Assembly: GCA_010093745.1 (NCBI GenBank)
Contig: MU005981.1
Location: forward strand, 62,001-126,000
Length of the DNA stretch: 64,000 nt
Direction of reading: 5' to 3'
Source of the DNA: Piedraia hortae CBS 480.64
Lineage: Eukaryota
Part shown: positions 35,468-47,461 of the stretch, one piece after another
Layout of the letters: the number at the start of each line of letters is the position of its first letter
Numbering within the stretch: position 1 is the stretch's first letter
The notes under the pieces: generated by a model
Databases searched by the model: none
Seen by the model: only the letters and a program-made list of their open reading frames with translations
Told to the model about the DNA's origin: nothing
Made by a program: the position numbers and the translations under genes

Positions 35468-37471
35468 TTACTTTCCATAGACAGGCCCGACTTTGACCTT
35501 TGCCCGCCTGTTCTGCTCCTCTAACTGTGCCTTCTTCACCATTGCTTCATGAGTCTTCCGCTTCTCGTCTTTGATTTTGTTGATCATCCCCTTGGCACCG
35601 TGCTTCAGCTTCGTGATCATGGCTGCAGCATCGCCTTTAGTCAGATGACCAGCCTGGGTTTTATCTTCCTTTTCACAAAACTTGTTAAGGTAAGCCAACT
35701 GCGACTCTGATGCTGGCATTTTTCGCCATTTCGCAAATCGCGAGATGAATGGAAACGGCATCCTCTCCTTTGCAAAGGTGTCGGCGCCTCGAATGGCATC
35801 CGCCAAATCCAATGCCTGTAATATTCGGTATGGCCGCGCGTACGACGCAGATGAGTCTTTGCCTGAGCGAAGCTTCCGCGTGTACGTGGCCTCATAAAGA
35901 CCATGGGCTGGCTTAACAGTGACATAGCTGCCGTCTTTATTATGGAGATAGTGTTTTCCGCCAACTCGCACCCATGCCAAAGGCGAGATCATGTGCAGCT
36001 GGCGATCTCCAGCTGTGTCTGAGAGGAGATCATTGACAGTATCATAGTCGGTAAAGATGACGTGTCCGGGCAACTCTGTTGAGTGTTTTAGTTCAACAGA
36101 AGATAACTCGTCTGATCTAGGCTCCTTGCTCTTCTCGGTCTGGTTCTCTGCATCACTCGTCTCGGTCTGGTTCTCTGCACCACTCTCCTCACTCTCCTTC
36201 TCGATGAGCTCGAGCTCTTTTAGTTCTTTTCCCCGCTTGAGGCTCTCCATTCCCAAAGCATCAACCTCATCAACGTGTTCATTCGGCATTAGACCAAAAA
36301 GAGTAGGCACGGTCACGATGCCCTCTGCCAGCGAACCAACAAAGTCAAAAATATGACAATTCTCCTTTTCTTTATGCTTCCTCAAACCCCGTCCAATCAT
36401 TTGAACCAGCAGATTCCTGGATTTAGTCGGCCTGACCAAAAGCACACAATCGATGCCCGGTATATCGGTGCCCTCGGTAAAGACACCGCAATTGAGCAGT
36501 ACTGGGTACTTGCCCTCCTTGAAATCTTCCACCTTTTGCCTCCTCGTCTTCACTGGCGTTTTTCCAGTCACATAATGAGCCTCGACCCCGTACTCGCGAA
36601 ACCTGTTGGTCAAATCGACTACATGATCAGTGTCTACACAAAACACAAGCGTTGACTTCCGGTTCGCTGCCCTCGCGAGCCAAGAGCGCACGACCAAGTC
36701 ATTCTGGCTCTCTAAATTCACTGCCTTGGATAGCGATGCAGTTTGAAAGTCTCCACTAGAAGACTTTACTCGGGATAAGTCTGCGCCGAGTTCAACCGTG
36801 GTAAAGATGGCATTGGACAGCCAGTCATTTTTGATCAATTCCAAGTAATCCTTATGATATGCAATGTGATCAATGGCCATTTTCAGACTCCGGCCATCAT
36901 ATCGTGACAGGGTAGCAGAAACACCGACGAGGGCCGGTTGAATGGCGACAGAGTCCTCCAACAAATTAAAATGGCGCAGAAGACTCACATAAGAAGCCGA
37001 GACGGCATGATGCGCTTCATCAATTAACAGCAGTTTGAACTTATCTGCCTCGAACTTTTGCAGTCTGTCGCGTGATCTTAACGAAGCCACAGATGCTACG
37101 GTAATATCTGCCGTACCGGACGATCTGCTCCTCCCCATTTCGATGTCAATCGTCTTGTCAGGATAGAGGTCCCGACAGTGACGCGTCGCTTGCTCTATCA
37201 GTTCCCGACGATGAGCCACAATCAGCGTACGTGTGGCTTGGTCCGTCTGTGGCTTCACCCGGTCTATCAGTTGCGTGAAGATGACCGTCTTGCCACCGCC
37301 CGTAGCGAGAGAGACTCCCACCCGTCTGACGCCATCGTTCAGGCATCCTAACACCGAATCGATGCATTCTTCTTGATACGGCCGGAGTTTGATGGGAGAG
37401 TGAGTGGCCGTAGTTCGAATAAAAGCCCGTGAGACGTGAAGAACATTGGATCTGAACAACAGGGAACTCAT
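35468..37471 (-). CDS. IRC3: Mitochondrial SF2 DEAH helicase Irc3-like
   Basis: LRPYQ, ATGGGKT, DEAHH, VSAT, VFTEGTDIP, QMIGRGLR and C-terminal ITKLKHGAKG. The Arg/Ser-rich N-terminus from the ATG at 37471 resembles a mitochondrial presequence. Confidence 0.88.
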   Translation of the reverse strand: MSSLLFRSNVLHVSRAFIRTTATHSPIKLRPYQEECIDSVLGCLNDGVRRVGVSLATGGGKTVIFTQLIDRVKPQTDQATRTLIVAHRRELIEQATRHCRDLYPDKTIDIEMGRSRSSGTADITVASVASLRSRDRLQKFEADKFKLLLIDEAHHAVSASYVSLLRHFNLLEDSVAIQPALVGVSATLSRYDGRSLKMAIDHIAYHKDYLELIKNDWLSNAIFTTVELGADLSRVKSSSGDFQTASLSKAVNLESQNDLVVRSWLARAANRKSTLVFCVDTDHVVDLTNRFREYGVEAHYVTGKTPVKTRRQKVEDFKEGKYPVLLNCGVFTEGTDIPGIDCVLLVRPTKSRNLLVQMIGRGLRKHKEKENCHIFDFVGSLAEGIVTVPTLFGLMPNEHVDEVDALGMESLKRGKELKELELIEKESEESGAENQTETSDAENQTEKSKEPRSDELSSVELKHSTELPGHVIFTDYDTVNDLLSDTAGDRQLHMISPLAWVRVGGKHYLHNKDGSYVTVKPAHGLYEATYTRKLRSGKDSSASYARPYRILQALDLADAIRGADTFAKERMPFPFISRFAKWRKMPASESQLAYLNKFCEKEDKTQAGHLTKGDAAAMITKLKHGAKGMINKIKDEKRKTHEAMVKKAQLEEQNRRAKVKVGPVYGK

Positions 37472-37959
37472 AGGCCTACATTGGAGGGCGAAGTTGTTGT
37501 TGTGCAAGGTATGCAATGACCAAGCAGGTGGATTCCGCCGTTGGATGGAGGATTGGACAGCTACGGGGTGTAACGGCTACTGTGACACCGTCTTTCTCTC
37601 TTCAACTATCGAGTCTTTGTGAAGTTCTGATACCGGACGGTTGGACGGATTGAGTACACGGAACACTTCCGCACTCACCTGCGGCGGGCCGAACCTTGGC
37701 GCTCGGCCCGTCGATTCACGGCGAACTTCTGACGGCACCGTTCTGCCTAATCACGACCCCCACGCTTCGAGCGACGGCATTCACCAAAAGCTGGCAGAAG
37801 CACAAATGTGGGCTTCGTTGGAAAAGAGATTCTGTGTTGACAACCCTGCAATGACCAACCGGTGACATACATCACGAAATTTTGTTTGCAACAACTTCAA
37901 TCGCAGCGGCGGGTAACAACTCCAATTGCGGCGGCTGAGAAGATTGTGTGGAGAGAGAT

Positions 37960-40900
37960 ATGGAGCGCCAGAGGAAGCGCGAGCTACGGGAACTAAATGC
38001 AAGAGCGTGGGACGGGGAAACGGTGTTCAGGGTGCAGCCGACGTTGGACTCCAATTTGAAGAAAAATACGGCTTTTATCAAGCGTCTGCGCACTGCCATC
38101 ACTCCTACTGGCGCAGGGCAGTTTTTGCTGGAGGTGAAATCGCTGTCTCTGCACAAATACCTGACGGAGATTGTGTCGGCGTGCTACGAGGGCCTTACCA
38201 AGCTGAAGACGGCGGGCGAAATCTCGGCGGGAGTTGAGGTTGTCAGCGCCCTGCATCAGCGGTTTGGGCCGGACGAATTTACCAAGTATCTAGCGTGGTT
38301 GGTCGGAAATGGGCTGTTGCCCCACGACAAGGCTCAGCTTAAGGCTCTGCCGGCCGAAGTGCGCGAGCGGGAAGAAAAGGAACGCATCATGCGGCAGAGA
38401 AACGTGCTCAGAATGGCAACTGAGCTGTGGCTTGTGGGTGTACTGAAGGGTGTCAATGATGTGGCTAAGCCAGAGGAAGCGACCAGGCAGGGCAAGAATA
38501 ACAATCTGACACCCCGAAAGGCCAACGGCGTCCTTGCTGAACAGCCTGACACCGATCCCTTGCCTTTGGAAGCGCTCAAGAATCTGCTAAACCATGACCG
38601 CGACCTCATCAATCTGCCGCTGGTCGTCACCTTTGTCAAGAGCTTTGCTTGGGATGTCCTGGGGTCCAGTTTGCGCAAAGATGGCTCCAAGCTGTCAGAT
38701 GGTCCTACAGAAATTGCCCAAAACTCCCCCAACGACAACCCATTGACTCCTCCAGATACCCAAAAGCGCTTCAAAAACGTCATACAGCGCTACTTTGAGC
38801 AGGTACTGCTATACGTGGCCAAGGATAAAGACAACCTCACTGCACAGGGGAAGCGCAATGCGGAGGCCTATGTACGCTCCGGTGAGGTCTTTGAGGACCG
38901 CCAAGCCAGCTACGAAAGGGCCACCAAGGCACATGAAAAAGTCGTCACCAGCGCCCAGGTTCTCGCCGAGGCTCTCGGAGCGGAGATGCCTGATTTGACG
39001 GAGAAAGACGCCGCGGAAGCCAACTCCGAAAGCGTCATTGGTCTGGTCAAGGCTGGAGAGTATCTGCGAGGACAGGGTGATGCGGGTATCTGGGAGGACG
39101 AGGAGGAAAGGCGTTTCTATGAAAACCTCGTTGATCTAAAAGATAGAGTCCCGGGCATTCTGCTGGAAGACGGCAAGAAGGGAAAGTCTTCGGAAGATGT
39201 AAAGAAGGCAGAGAGAGAAGAAGCCACCAAGACTCCTGATGCCGATGATTCCACCGCAATTGCCAACAAAACCGTCGGTGCTCAGGTTGACGCTCTTTTG
39301 TCTCGTCTGCCTGAGTTCACCAATAAGGAACAAGTCGACCAGTTTGCTCTTGACTTTTGCTTTGTCAACTCCAAGGCATCGCGGAACAGGCTCATCAAGG
39401 CAATTCAAGTCATGCCAAAGGGACGCACCGATCTTCTGCCGCTATATGCGCGGTTAATCGCAACTCTGGGCCGCTACCTGACTGATATCCCCCAGGCCAT
39501 CATATCAACCCTGGACGACGAGTTCAGGAGCCTGCAGCGTCGCAAGGCCAAGGACTTTCTCGGCCAGGTTCGCTTGAGTAACGTGCGGTACCTCTCGGAG
39601 CTCACCAAGTTTGGCGTTGTGCCCGAACACGTCATCTTCCACTGTCTCAAGGTGAGCTTGGATGATTTTTCTCGCATGAACCTGGAGATCATTGCGTGTC
39701 TGCTGGAGAACTGCGGTCGTTACCTCCTACGCCATGCAGACACAGCCCCTCGCATGGGCTTGTTCCTGGAGACGCTGCAGAGGAAGAAAGCGGCCCAGCA
39801 TCTGGGACAGCAGGAGCGAATGCTCATCGAGAACGCTATCTACTATGTAAACCCACCTGAACGAGCTGCCATTGAGCAGAAGGAGCGCACGACGCTCGAC
39901 CTTTATGTCCGCAAGCTCATCTACCTGGATCTGAACAAGAAGACAGCCGACAAGATCACAAAGCAAATCCGGAAGCTGCATTGGGAAGAGCCCGAGGTTG
40001 TGCAGATTCTGCGCAAGATCTTCGTCAAGCCCGGCAAGATCCGGTACAGCCACGTGAACCTGCTGGCCGTTTTGCTTGGCGCACTATATCGATTCCACGC
40101 AGACTTTGCCATTTCCGTCATCGACGATGTTCTGGAGCGCATCACCGCTGGGTTAGAGACGAACAACTTCAAATACAACCAGAGCCGCCTTGCCGAAGTG
40201 AGATATCTGGGCGAAATGTACGTCTACCGCCTCGTTGACTCCAACGTCATCTTCGACACCCTCTACAACATCCTCAACTACGGCCACGAGCCATATGCTC
40301 AGCGTGGGAAGCTCTCTCCCTACGACTTGCCCGATGACTTTTTCCGCATCCGCCTCGTAGCGACTCTGCTCGAGACGTGCGGCGTGTACTTTGAAAAAGG
40401 AGCTGTGCGGAAGAAGCTCGACTTTTACCTCACCTTTCTGCAGTACTACATCAACGTCAAGGACCCTTTGCCCATGGACGTGGAGTTTGTGGTCCAAGAC
40501 CTCTTCACTCTACTCCGTCCACAATGGAAGCCAGTCCTGAACGACCTTTCAGAAGCAAGCCGCCTCTTCGCTGAAGCATGCAAGCGCAACTTCCAAGCAA
40601 ACACCAACAAAGCCGTCGAGACCGAAGAGGTCGACGAGCGCGACGACAACGGCCAAGTAAGGGGAACACCCTCCTCCCAATCCGAAGCCGGCGAAGTCAT
40701 GGACCCCATCGACAAGAGCTCCTTTGCCGACGAACAAATTGTCGTCACCCTCCCCGAAGACGAGCGTGACCCCGAAGCAGAAGCCGAATTTGACCGCGAA
40801 TTGGCAAAACTCATGGCCGAGAACGTCGAATCGCGACTCACAGAAAGACGAGCACTCTTTGACGCCCCTCTCCCCATCCGCCGCACAGCCCGCGACCAAA

Positions 40901-41235
40901 CCCACACCTCCGAAACCGCCGTTCCCGAATCCGATAAACCCGCACCAGGCACAATACGCTTCTCCCTCCTCAGCAAGAAGGGAAACCGCCAACAAACCCG
41001 CGCGATTAACCTCCCCTCGGACTCGAATCTTGCAGTTGCGTTGCGTACGCAGCAGGAGGCCGAACGCGCGGAGCAGCAGAGGATCAAAAGCCTGGTGTTG
41101 AATTATGAGCTTTCCGAGAGTGAGAATACGATTGAGAGTTTGCATGGCCCCCGTGTGGAGAGGCCGGCAGGTAATGCGAGGAAACAGCAGCGTGTGAGGA
41201 AGTTGCAGATAGGGGATTTGGATTGGTTGGTTTGA
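37960..41235 (+). CDS. UPF2: Nonsense-mediated mRNA decay factor Upf2/Nmd2 (three MIF4G domains)
   Basis: LDSNLKKNTAFIKRLR, IWEDEEERRFYE, LENCGRYL, DDFFRIRL..LLETCG and C-terminal Upf1-binding FSLLSKKGNRQQTR...EQQRIKSLVL. Confidence 0.95.
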   Translation: MERQRKRELRELNARAWDGETVFRVQPTLDSNLKKNTAFIKRLRTAITPTGAGQFLLEVKSLSLHKYLTEIVSACYEGLTKLKTAGEISAGVEVVSALHQRFGPDEFTKYLAWLVGNGLLPHDKAQLKALPAEVREREEKERIMRQRNVLRMATELWLVGVLKGVNDVAKPEEATRQGKNNNLTPRKANGVLAEQPDTDPLPLEALKNLLNHDRDLINLPLVVTFVKSFAWDVLGSSLRKDGSKLSDGPTEIAQNSPNDNPLTPPDTQKRFKNVIQRYFEQVLLYVAKDKDNLTAQGKRNAEAYVRSGEVFEDRQASYERATKAHEKVVTSAQVLAEALGAEMPDLTEKDAAEANSESVIGLVKAGEYLRGQGDAGIWEDEEERRFYENLVDLKDRVPGILLEDGKKGKSSEDVKKAEREEATKTPDADDSTAIANKTVGAQVDALLSRLPEFTNKEQVDQFALDFCFVNSKASRNRLIKAIQVMPKGRTDLLPLYARLIATLGRYLTDIPQAIISTLDDEFRSLQRRKAKDFLGQVRLSNVRYLSELTKFGVVPEHVIFHCLKVSLDDFSRMNLEIIACLLENCGRYLLRHADTAPRMGLFLETLQRKKAAQHLGQQERMLIENAIYYVNPPERAAIEQKERTTLDLYVRKLIYLDLNKKTADKITKQIRKLHWEEPEVVQILRKIFVKPGKIRYSHVNLLAVLLGALYRFHADFAISVIDDVLERITAGLETNNFKYNQSRLAEVRYLGEMYVYRLVDSNVIFDTLYNILNYGHEPYAQRGKLSPYDLPDDFFRIRLVATLLETCGVYFEKGAVRKKLDFYLTFLQYYINVKDPLPMDVEFVVQDLFTLLRPQWKPVLNDLSEASRLFAEACKRNFQANTNKAVETEEVDERDDNGQVRGTPSSQSEAGEVMDPIDKSSFADEQIVVTLPEDERDPEAEAEFDRELAKLMAENVESRLTERRALFDAPLPIRRTARDQTHTSETAVPESDKPAPGTIRFSLLSKKGNRQQTRAINLPSDSNLAVALRTQQEAERAEQQRIKSLVLNYELSESENTIESLHGPRVERPAGNARKQQRVRKLQIGDLDWLV

Positions 41236-43511
41236 TGAGAAAAGAGAGGGATAGGGCTGACGTGTATAGGACTTGAGATGGTTGATGAAGGTGGGGAACA
41301 AGGAGTGAAAAGAGGGATTGATGGTATGCCTGTTCGTTATGCAAGATGGCAGGAAGTTGAGGGCTACCGCCCCGGAGATGAGCAAAACAGCACAGTGCGT
41401 GGCTTCGAGACGGAAAATGAACAGGAGATAGCTCGGTAGTGTCAAGGAAATGAAATGCGGTTTTAGTTTTGGGGACTGCCTTCACATAACATTCCCTCCG
41501 GAGCCGTAGGGCACTTTTTACGTGGACCTCGTCGCCGGTCGAATCCTTTCACGAATCTACGCACCAATCGTGGCAGGTGCAGAATTAAACGTCTACTAGC
41601 GACCTGTCTCTCCTACCAACCAGAGAGGTAGGCAAATCCCCCCACAACGCCACGATCCAGCCACGGAAACAGCGATCCGCACACTTACTAACGTCCTTAC
41701 TCTTTGAACCAACTCGAATGGAGCTTTACTCGAGCTGTTGAAGCGGAACATTTCTGCAAATTTTAGCCTTAGCACGCTGTGGGGCAAGTCAAACGATCCC
41801 AATCAGTCCATGCCAAGCGCCTCTCTTTTAGTGCGTGACTCCTTCCCTCTCCGTGAAAATAGAATGTGATTATTGTGCCAAGGCTTAAGTGAAACTTTGT
41901 GAACCGATTTCTCATCTTTTCAAATTCTCCACCTCCTCTACCTCACTATCTCCTCTGCCTTCTCTTCACATCCTCCAAGACATCGCTTGACTCAGAACCT
42001 CGATTTCGCTGTCCTTTTCATTATGCAGTGGACCTGGCCCCGACGATTGAGCTCTTGGCGCTGGGTAGTACAGTGGCTCGTTCAAGCCTTGACGCTTAGC
42101 ATTCTTCTGTGCTGGTTGTGATTGAGGTAAGTTGATTGGGGTGGGGAGGGTTGTATCCAAGTTGAGGCTAATTGATTAGGATGAAGTGAAACCATCCAAC
42201 TGGGTTTGGAGATCGGATGGTTGAGGCCCTTCTGCAACTTTAGCCCCCTGACACCGCAACAGCGAACATCGCTTTTGGGACAGGATGATGGAAGGCGGCA
42301 GGTTGCAATGACTTTGCAGAACGTCGCTGGGGCCCATCCTCTTCTATGCCCTCGAATGGTTTGACGACAGTGGCGACGGCATGGACCTCCCAGACTGTAC
42401 GGTGGATTACGCGAAGGGGACACACAGCATTGAGTGTCTTATTTGGTGGTTGACCTCAAAGGCATGTTAATTCCGTGACTTTGTGAAAAATTTCTGACGG
42501 ACAGTTGACAAGGTCCCTACTCTAACGCACTTTGAGATCCTGTATGTGGTGCCCAGCGCACGGTCTCGATTAGTCAGGTCCCTCGAAAGGACTCTACATG
42601 GGCTCGCACCAGAGAGTCCACCGAGGTTTGCCGGTAGTGACACAGCGTGTGTGGGGGGATGGGCGCGCTCGACATCTCGTATCAGCGTACACGTACGAGT
42701 TGCTTGCGATCACGTACACTTTCCACCATAATCTGGAGCCGTAACTTGGCCAAGGCCCGCACGTGGTCGGCTACGTTCCCAAATCGGATGAAGGATTTGA
42801 TCTCTTCATGGAGTTTCCGAATTTCACGGTTGAGAGATTCGCCGTGCTGCCTTTATCGAAGAAATTATGGCGGCGAGGAAGGTTGCGACAGGTCGATTTG
42901 TCTTTGGCAAGTGCGGCCTCGACTCGGACTCCTCCCCAAGTGAGTACCTCATGAAGCCTCGCGTGAGGCTGTCGCTGGCCAAGTCGGAAAAAAAGATCCA
43001 GAGATAATCACACCGATCGAAGCCGCTGGAACCTGTCGACTCTTCAGGGTGGGCGTGCATTCTTTCCTCCGCGGGTCAGATCTGACTGAGCATATTGGAA
43101 CGATGTTCAAGGAGGTGTGGGGATGATTGGCAGAGGGTTTAGAACTGAAAATATGGATCTTATCGCGCAGCGAGGTTTCCTATGTACGGTTTTTGTACTA
43201 ATATCATATAGTCCATCCACGGCTATCTCCAAAAATACTTCACTGATTAAGTTGATGGGTCAATGTAAAGTGTTATCTGGTTGTTCTGCAGATCCATGAG
43301 CTATTTCGTTGAATTTGATTCTTTTGGCCACTGCGAAGCCTTTTTCAGTCAACCTTGTCTGCCGACCGGTCTTCATGCTCGATTCGTCTGCCAAGTTGTC
43401 ATCCATCATCCTTGAATCAGCGAGCTTAAGGTGCAGTCTGTCGCGGAAGTGTTCCGCTCCGCTCCCCACCACCCAACAACTAAGAACGTCACTTGAAAAA
43501 AATCCAACAAA

Positions 43512-44624
43512 ATGCAAGAAGACCACAAACTCACATTCGAACCAACCGCCCAACCAGAATTCTCACCCATCATAAAATCGCACATCCTCAACTGCTCCTA
43601 CAACGCTTGGTACCCCATCTACCGCCACCTCGCACCCAAAAGCGAAATCATTCCCCTCACAAAGCCTTTTATCGAATACCTCAAATGCGACGGGATTGTT
43701 GTCCCTCCTGATAAACCCTCATCACAAGACGACGATAGCGACAACTCTTTCACCTCAACCTCCTCCTTTGCATCCTGGTCCGAAATCCACACTCAGATCA
43801 CCCGCTCAATCACCAAACTCGGAGGCCACATCATCCCGAAATTAAACTGGTCCTCCCCAAAAGATGCAACATGGATGAATGCGAATACATTGGAATGTAC
43901 CCTGCCCTCACAGATTTACCTGCTGTTGAAAGCGTCGGATTTTGTAATGCATGATTTTGAATACCCTTTCGATGGATGTGTTGCTTCGTCTGAAGGTGTG
44001 GGGGGTTCTGGCAAAGGGGGGAAGGGGGGTGCTGATGAGAAGAAGGGGGAAGGGAGTTTCGATGACAAAGAGAGGGTAGAGGATTCCGATGACGCAGGGG
44101 TGGAGTATGTCCTCGTTCTGAGAAAGTACATGGACATCAACCCCGCATCTGAATTTCGCTGTTTCGCCTTCCAGAGAAAGGTAGTGGGAATCTCCCAGCG
44201 AGACGTAAACTACTATCCCTTCCTCCACCCCATGCGAGAAACCATCACAACCAATATCCTGACATTCTTTGAAAAACACCTAAGGACATTTTCGGATGAA
44301 AATTTTGTCTTTGACGTCTACCTCCCCGAGAGCGGAAAAGTGTGGTTGGTTGATATCAACCCCTTCGCGCCTAGGACGGATGCGCTACTTTTCGAGTGGG
44401 GGGAGGTTTTGGGCATGGATAGGGATGCTCCGCCCGAGGTGAGGTTTGTGGAGAAGAATGATCCCAGGGGGTTTAATTTCGGGGAGATGAGGTTTAGTGC
44501 GAGTAAATTGCCGATTGAGGTTGTTGATGCCGGAAGGACAGGGGAAGGGATTGTGGAGTTTGCGAGGGGTTGGAGGGATATTATTGGGGGGAAAGGGGGG
44601 GAGGAAACTGATGAGGAGGGGTGA
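43512..44624 (+). CDS. CDC123: Cell division cycle protein 123 (eIF2 assembly factor, D123 family)
   Basis: Motifs CSYNAWYP, PKLNWSSPKDATWM, LLLKASDFVMHD, EFRCF, ISQRD, LVDINPF..TDALLFEW. Confidence 0.95.
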   Translation: MQEDHKLTFEPTAQPEFSPIIKSHILNCSYNAWYPIYRHLAPKSEIIPLTKPFIEYLKCDGIVVPPDKPSSQDDDSDNSFTSTSSFASWSEIHTQITRSITKLGGHIIPKLNWSSPKDATWMNANTLECTLPSQIYLLLKASDFVMHDFEYPFDGCVASSEGVGGSGKGGKGGADEKKGEGSFDDKERVEDSDDAGVEYVLVLRKYMDINPASEFRCFAFQRKVVGISQRDVNYYPFLHPMRETITTNILTFFEKHLRTFSDENFVFDVYLPESGKVWLVDINPFAPRTDALLFEWGEVLGMDRDAPPEVRFVEKNDPRGFNFGEMRFSASKLPIEVVDAGRTGEGIVEFARGWRDIIGGKGGEETDEEG

Positions 44625-47461
44625 TGTGGGTGGGGCAGGTAAGATGGCAGAAAGGATGATGGGCTTGGGTCTATGGTGCTAAAACATCACTCGTTCTGCT
44701 ACGGTTCCGTGAGTGGCGTGCGCGAGAAGAGAGCGGGGGATGTCCCTAGGGGTCTTCACTGGAGAATGATGCGTGATGGCTTCAAGAGCGTGGATCCTCG
44801 GTACACTTGAAAATGTAGCCAGCTGGATGATGTTCGCTTTGGGATACGCCAAGTACTGATTCGTTGGCATCATAACACAAATTGGGTTTTGAAGAAGATT
44901 CAAGCCAGAACGCCAGTGAATTTTGTAATTACAATTCTATACCAGTGGTAGTCAGACAACTGTTCTGTCACCATATCAGCAACGTCGAACAACGCCCGGC
45001 CACTTTAAAGCTTTTCCTTCGCTTGATTCGCATGGCATGACAGCAAAGCTATCCCATTAAGTGGGGCCGTTGCCCTTAGCGCATTTGCAAAATTTGGAAT
45101 CCCTCAGCACATTTACTAGATATGGGAGAGATAGGCGACAAATCTTTTCCAGTCCCCCAATCTTGCAAGTAACAGGCAAGTATCAGATGCAAGCTCATAT
45201 TGCATAATGTACCGAAGTTCGAGACCTTCCCTTCCCGCAAAAGGGCCTCTTGGAGCGTCTTGCCAAAAATGTTAACAATTGCACCTGTTGCACGACAGAT
45301 TGCCCCGCACCATGACCTGCCGTACGTATCTGCCGTCCGGACCACGACACTCGGGCGCTTAGGCGTTCCCCAGGGTATGTAGTCACGTTCTCACCTAAGT
45401 AGACATGAGCACGACAGGACATTTCTTGGGACTGAGTCCGGTCTCCAACTCTTAATTCCCCCGCCACAGCGCCCCTCGATGGCCTGGTAAGATTACATAT
45501 AATTGACTCCAGATTTTTTCGAAAACTTATAAAGCCTCCTCATAGCAGCCCTGGGAGAGAGCCTCACCACCTAGGTGTCTCGTGGCTGCAGTGGTGTTTA
45601 GCAAAGACTCCGTGCTTGGGGCAGGTAGATGCACTCTTTGATCGAAGAACCAACGCCGGAATATCAGCGGCTGTGTGGATGGAAACCCTCCAGGTATATC
45701 CCAAAACGGAAGGACTTGGCTCTGTTCCATACCAGCAGGAAATTGCCGCTGGCATTCAATCTCTGGGTATGGATCAAAGAGATGAAGTTCCATTTCAAAA
45801 CGCATCCGGGAAACGTTGTTCAGGATGATCACTATTCACGTCTGGACGAACTGGTTCAAATCTGACGCGAAAATTTAAAACGACATTTCTTGATTTTGGG
45901 CCGGATTTTTCTTGTTTAAAATCGGCACGAAATCATGGGTGATATCATGAATGGACGCTCGGCCAAATGGGTCTTAATCCTTACCATTCGGCATTCCTCT
46001 CAAAATGCCGACCTGGCCTCGGTATAAAGATGTTTTTTCCCCAGCTGAACCCGCTTGGTGCCGGAGAAATCGCATCAGACAAAGTAGGGAGGAGAGGAAT
46101 TCGTTGGTGAAGGCGGTGTTCTTGTTGATAGCCGTTGTGGAAGTTCAATTGTACGGTGATGCTTGGAGAAGTTGCTTCATATACTAACATTGTTCCAGGT
46201 TTAACTCCTGTAGTTAGAACGCATGATGTGATGTTATATCTAGTTTATCTGATCTCTTTGCCCTTTTTCGTTCTCTCAATGATCTACAATTGATTGTTTT
46301 CCAGAATTGAGGGATAGTTGCTGGCATTTTCGGCGTTGGGGCCCCTGAATCTCTGATGGAAAACACAAATAGAATTTCTGAGACATGAGCGAGCTCCAAG
46401 TCAAAGACCTTCCTTAACTCGCTTAGAAGTCTTCCCCACTGCGTGCACATTTTTGATCACCACTTCAAACGCAAATAGCACCACACAAAACCACTCTACA
46501 TAGCTATGTACTATATTTTTCGAAAGTGCATCCTCTAAGGTTTCATAAGGTACTCTTTTGATAATTAGCGATTCCATTGGAAGCGGGAATGTTGCAATTT
46601 ATGCCAAAATGCGTTCTCGCACACATGACGCCCGTACGCCGCCATCTCTGGGCCAAGGCGTATGAGGCACCGACCGTTACAATCTTGAAGATATTGGCTT
46701 TCCTGTTTGCCTTGTTTGAGGTGCGCGCGACGTCTGAGCGCGGTGGGTCATCGATTCAAAGTTGATGAAGTCGTCACGATATCGACACGACAACTTTGAA
46801 TCGACACAACAGATCGCATAATTATCGCAAACAATCATAAGTGCATACAAATGAACGCTAGAAATGCACAGATTCCCAATGCTATGCACCGCAAGGATTG
46901 AATTCGTTTTTTATCGTGCCATTTTGCGAGATTTGATCATGCGCGAAACGGTCTTCGAAACTCGCGAAAAATTGGGCCATAATCTTACGAAAATCTACAA
47001 AAACCGGTGGGGTACGGTCTTCAAGGTATATTCTTCTCCCTCAATCAATCAGCTAGTGCTGGATACGTTCGAGTGTCGCGTTACATCGCTCGAAAGTCGG
47101 CGAGTTTGAGCGATTTCGAGGCGGCTTTCGCGGGGGAGCGCAGGGCGGCTCCTCCACGTCCAACCGCTTTTGCGCTACATGGATGGCTCTTGTCTCTCTG
47201 ACACTGTAGGCAGTTCTAATATGTCAATCTTGTTGCTTTTGCACCTCGAAAGTCCTTCGGAAGGCAGTTGGTAGAATGGCAACTCCTAATCCTCTAGCAT
47301 AAGTCGCGTCCAGAGCGACCATAACACTGGAACGGGATGAATTGCCTATTCCGGGTCCGCCATACAAACAACTATATCTATAACAGAGAATAAGTCTGCC
47401 AGAATGTGTAGATGCATGTAGATGTTCATATAAAGCCATTCCCGCCGGTCCATGTTCCGTA

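Noticed and set aside
36130..36185. 27-bp duplication in IRC3 (AENQTE twice)
   Set aside because: Small in-frame slippage in an acidic linker, unremarkable.
40446..41485. Long antisense ORFs (213-298 aa) over the UPF2 3' end, and similar shadows over BST1, GPH1 and the NLR
   Set aside because: Shadow frames produced by codon bias and skew of the real genes, with no recognisable motifs.
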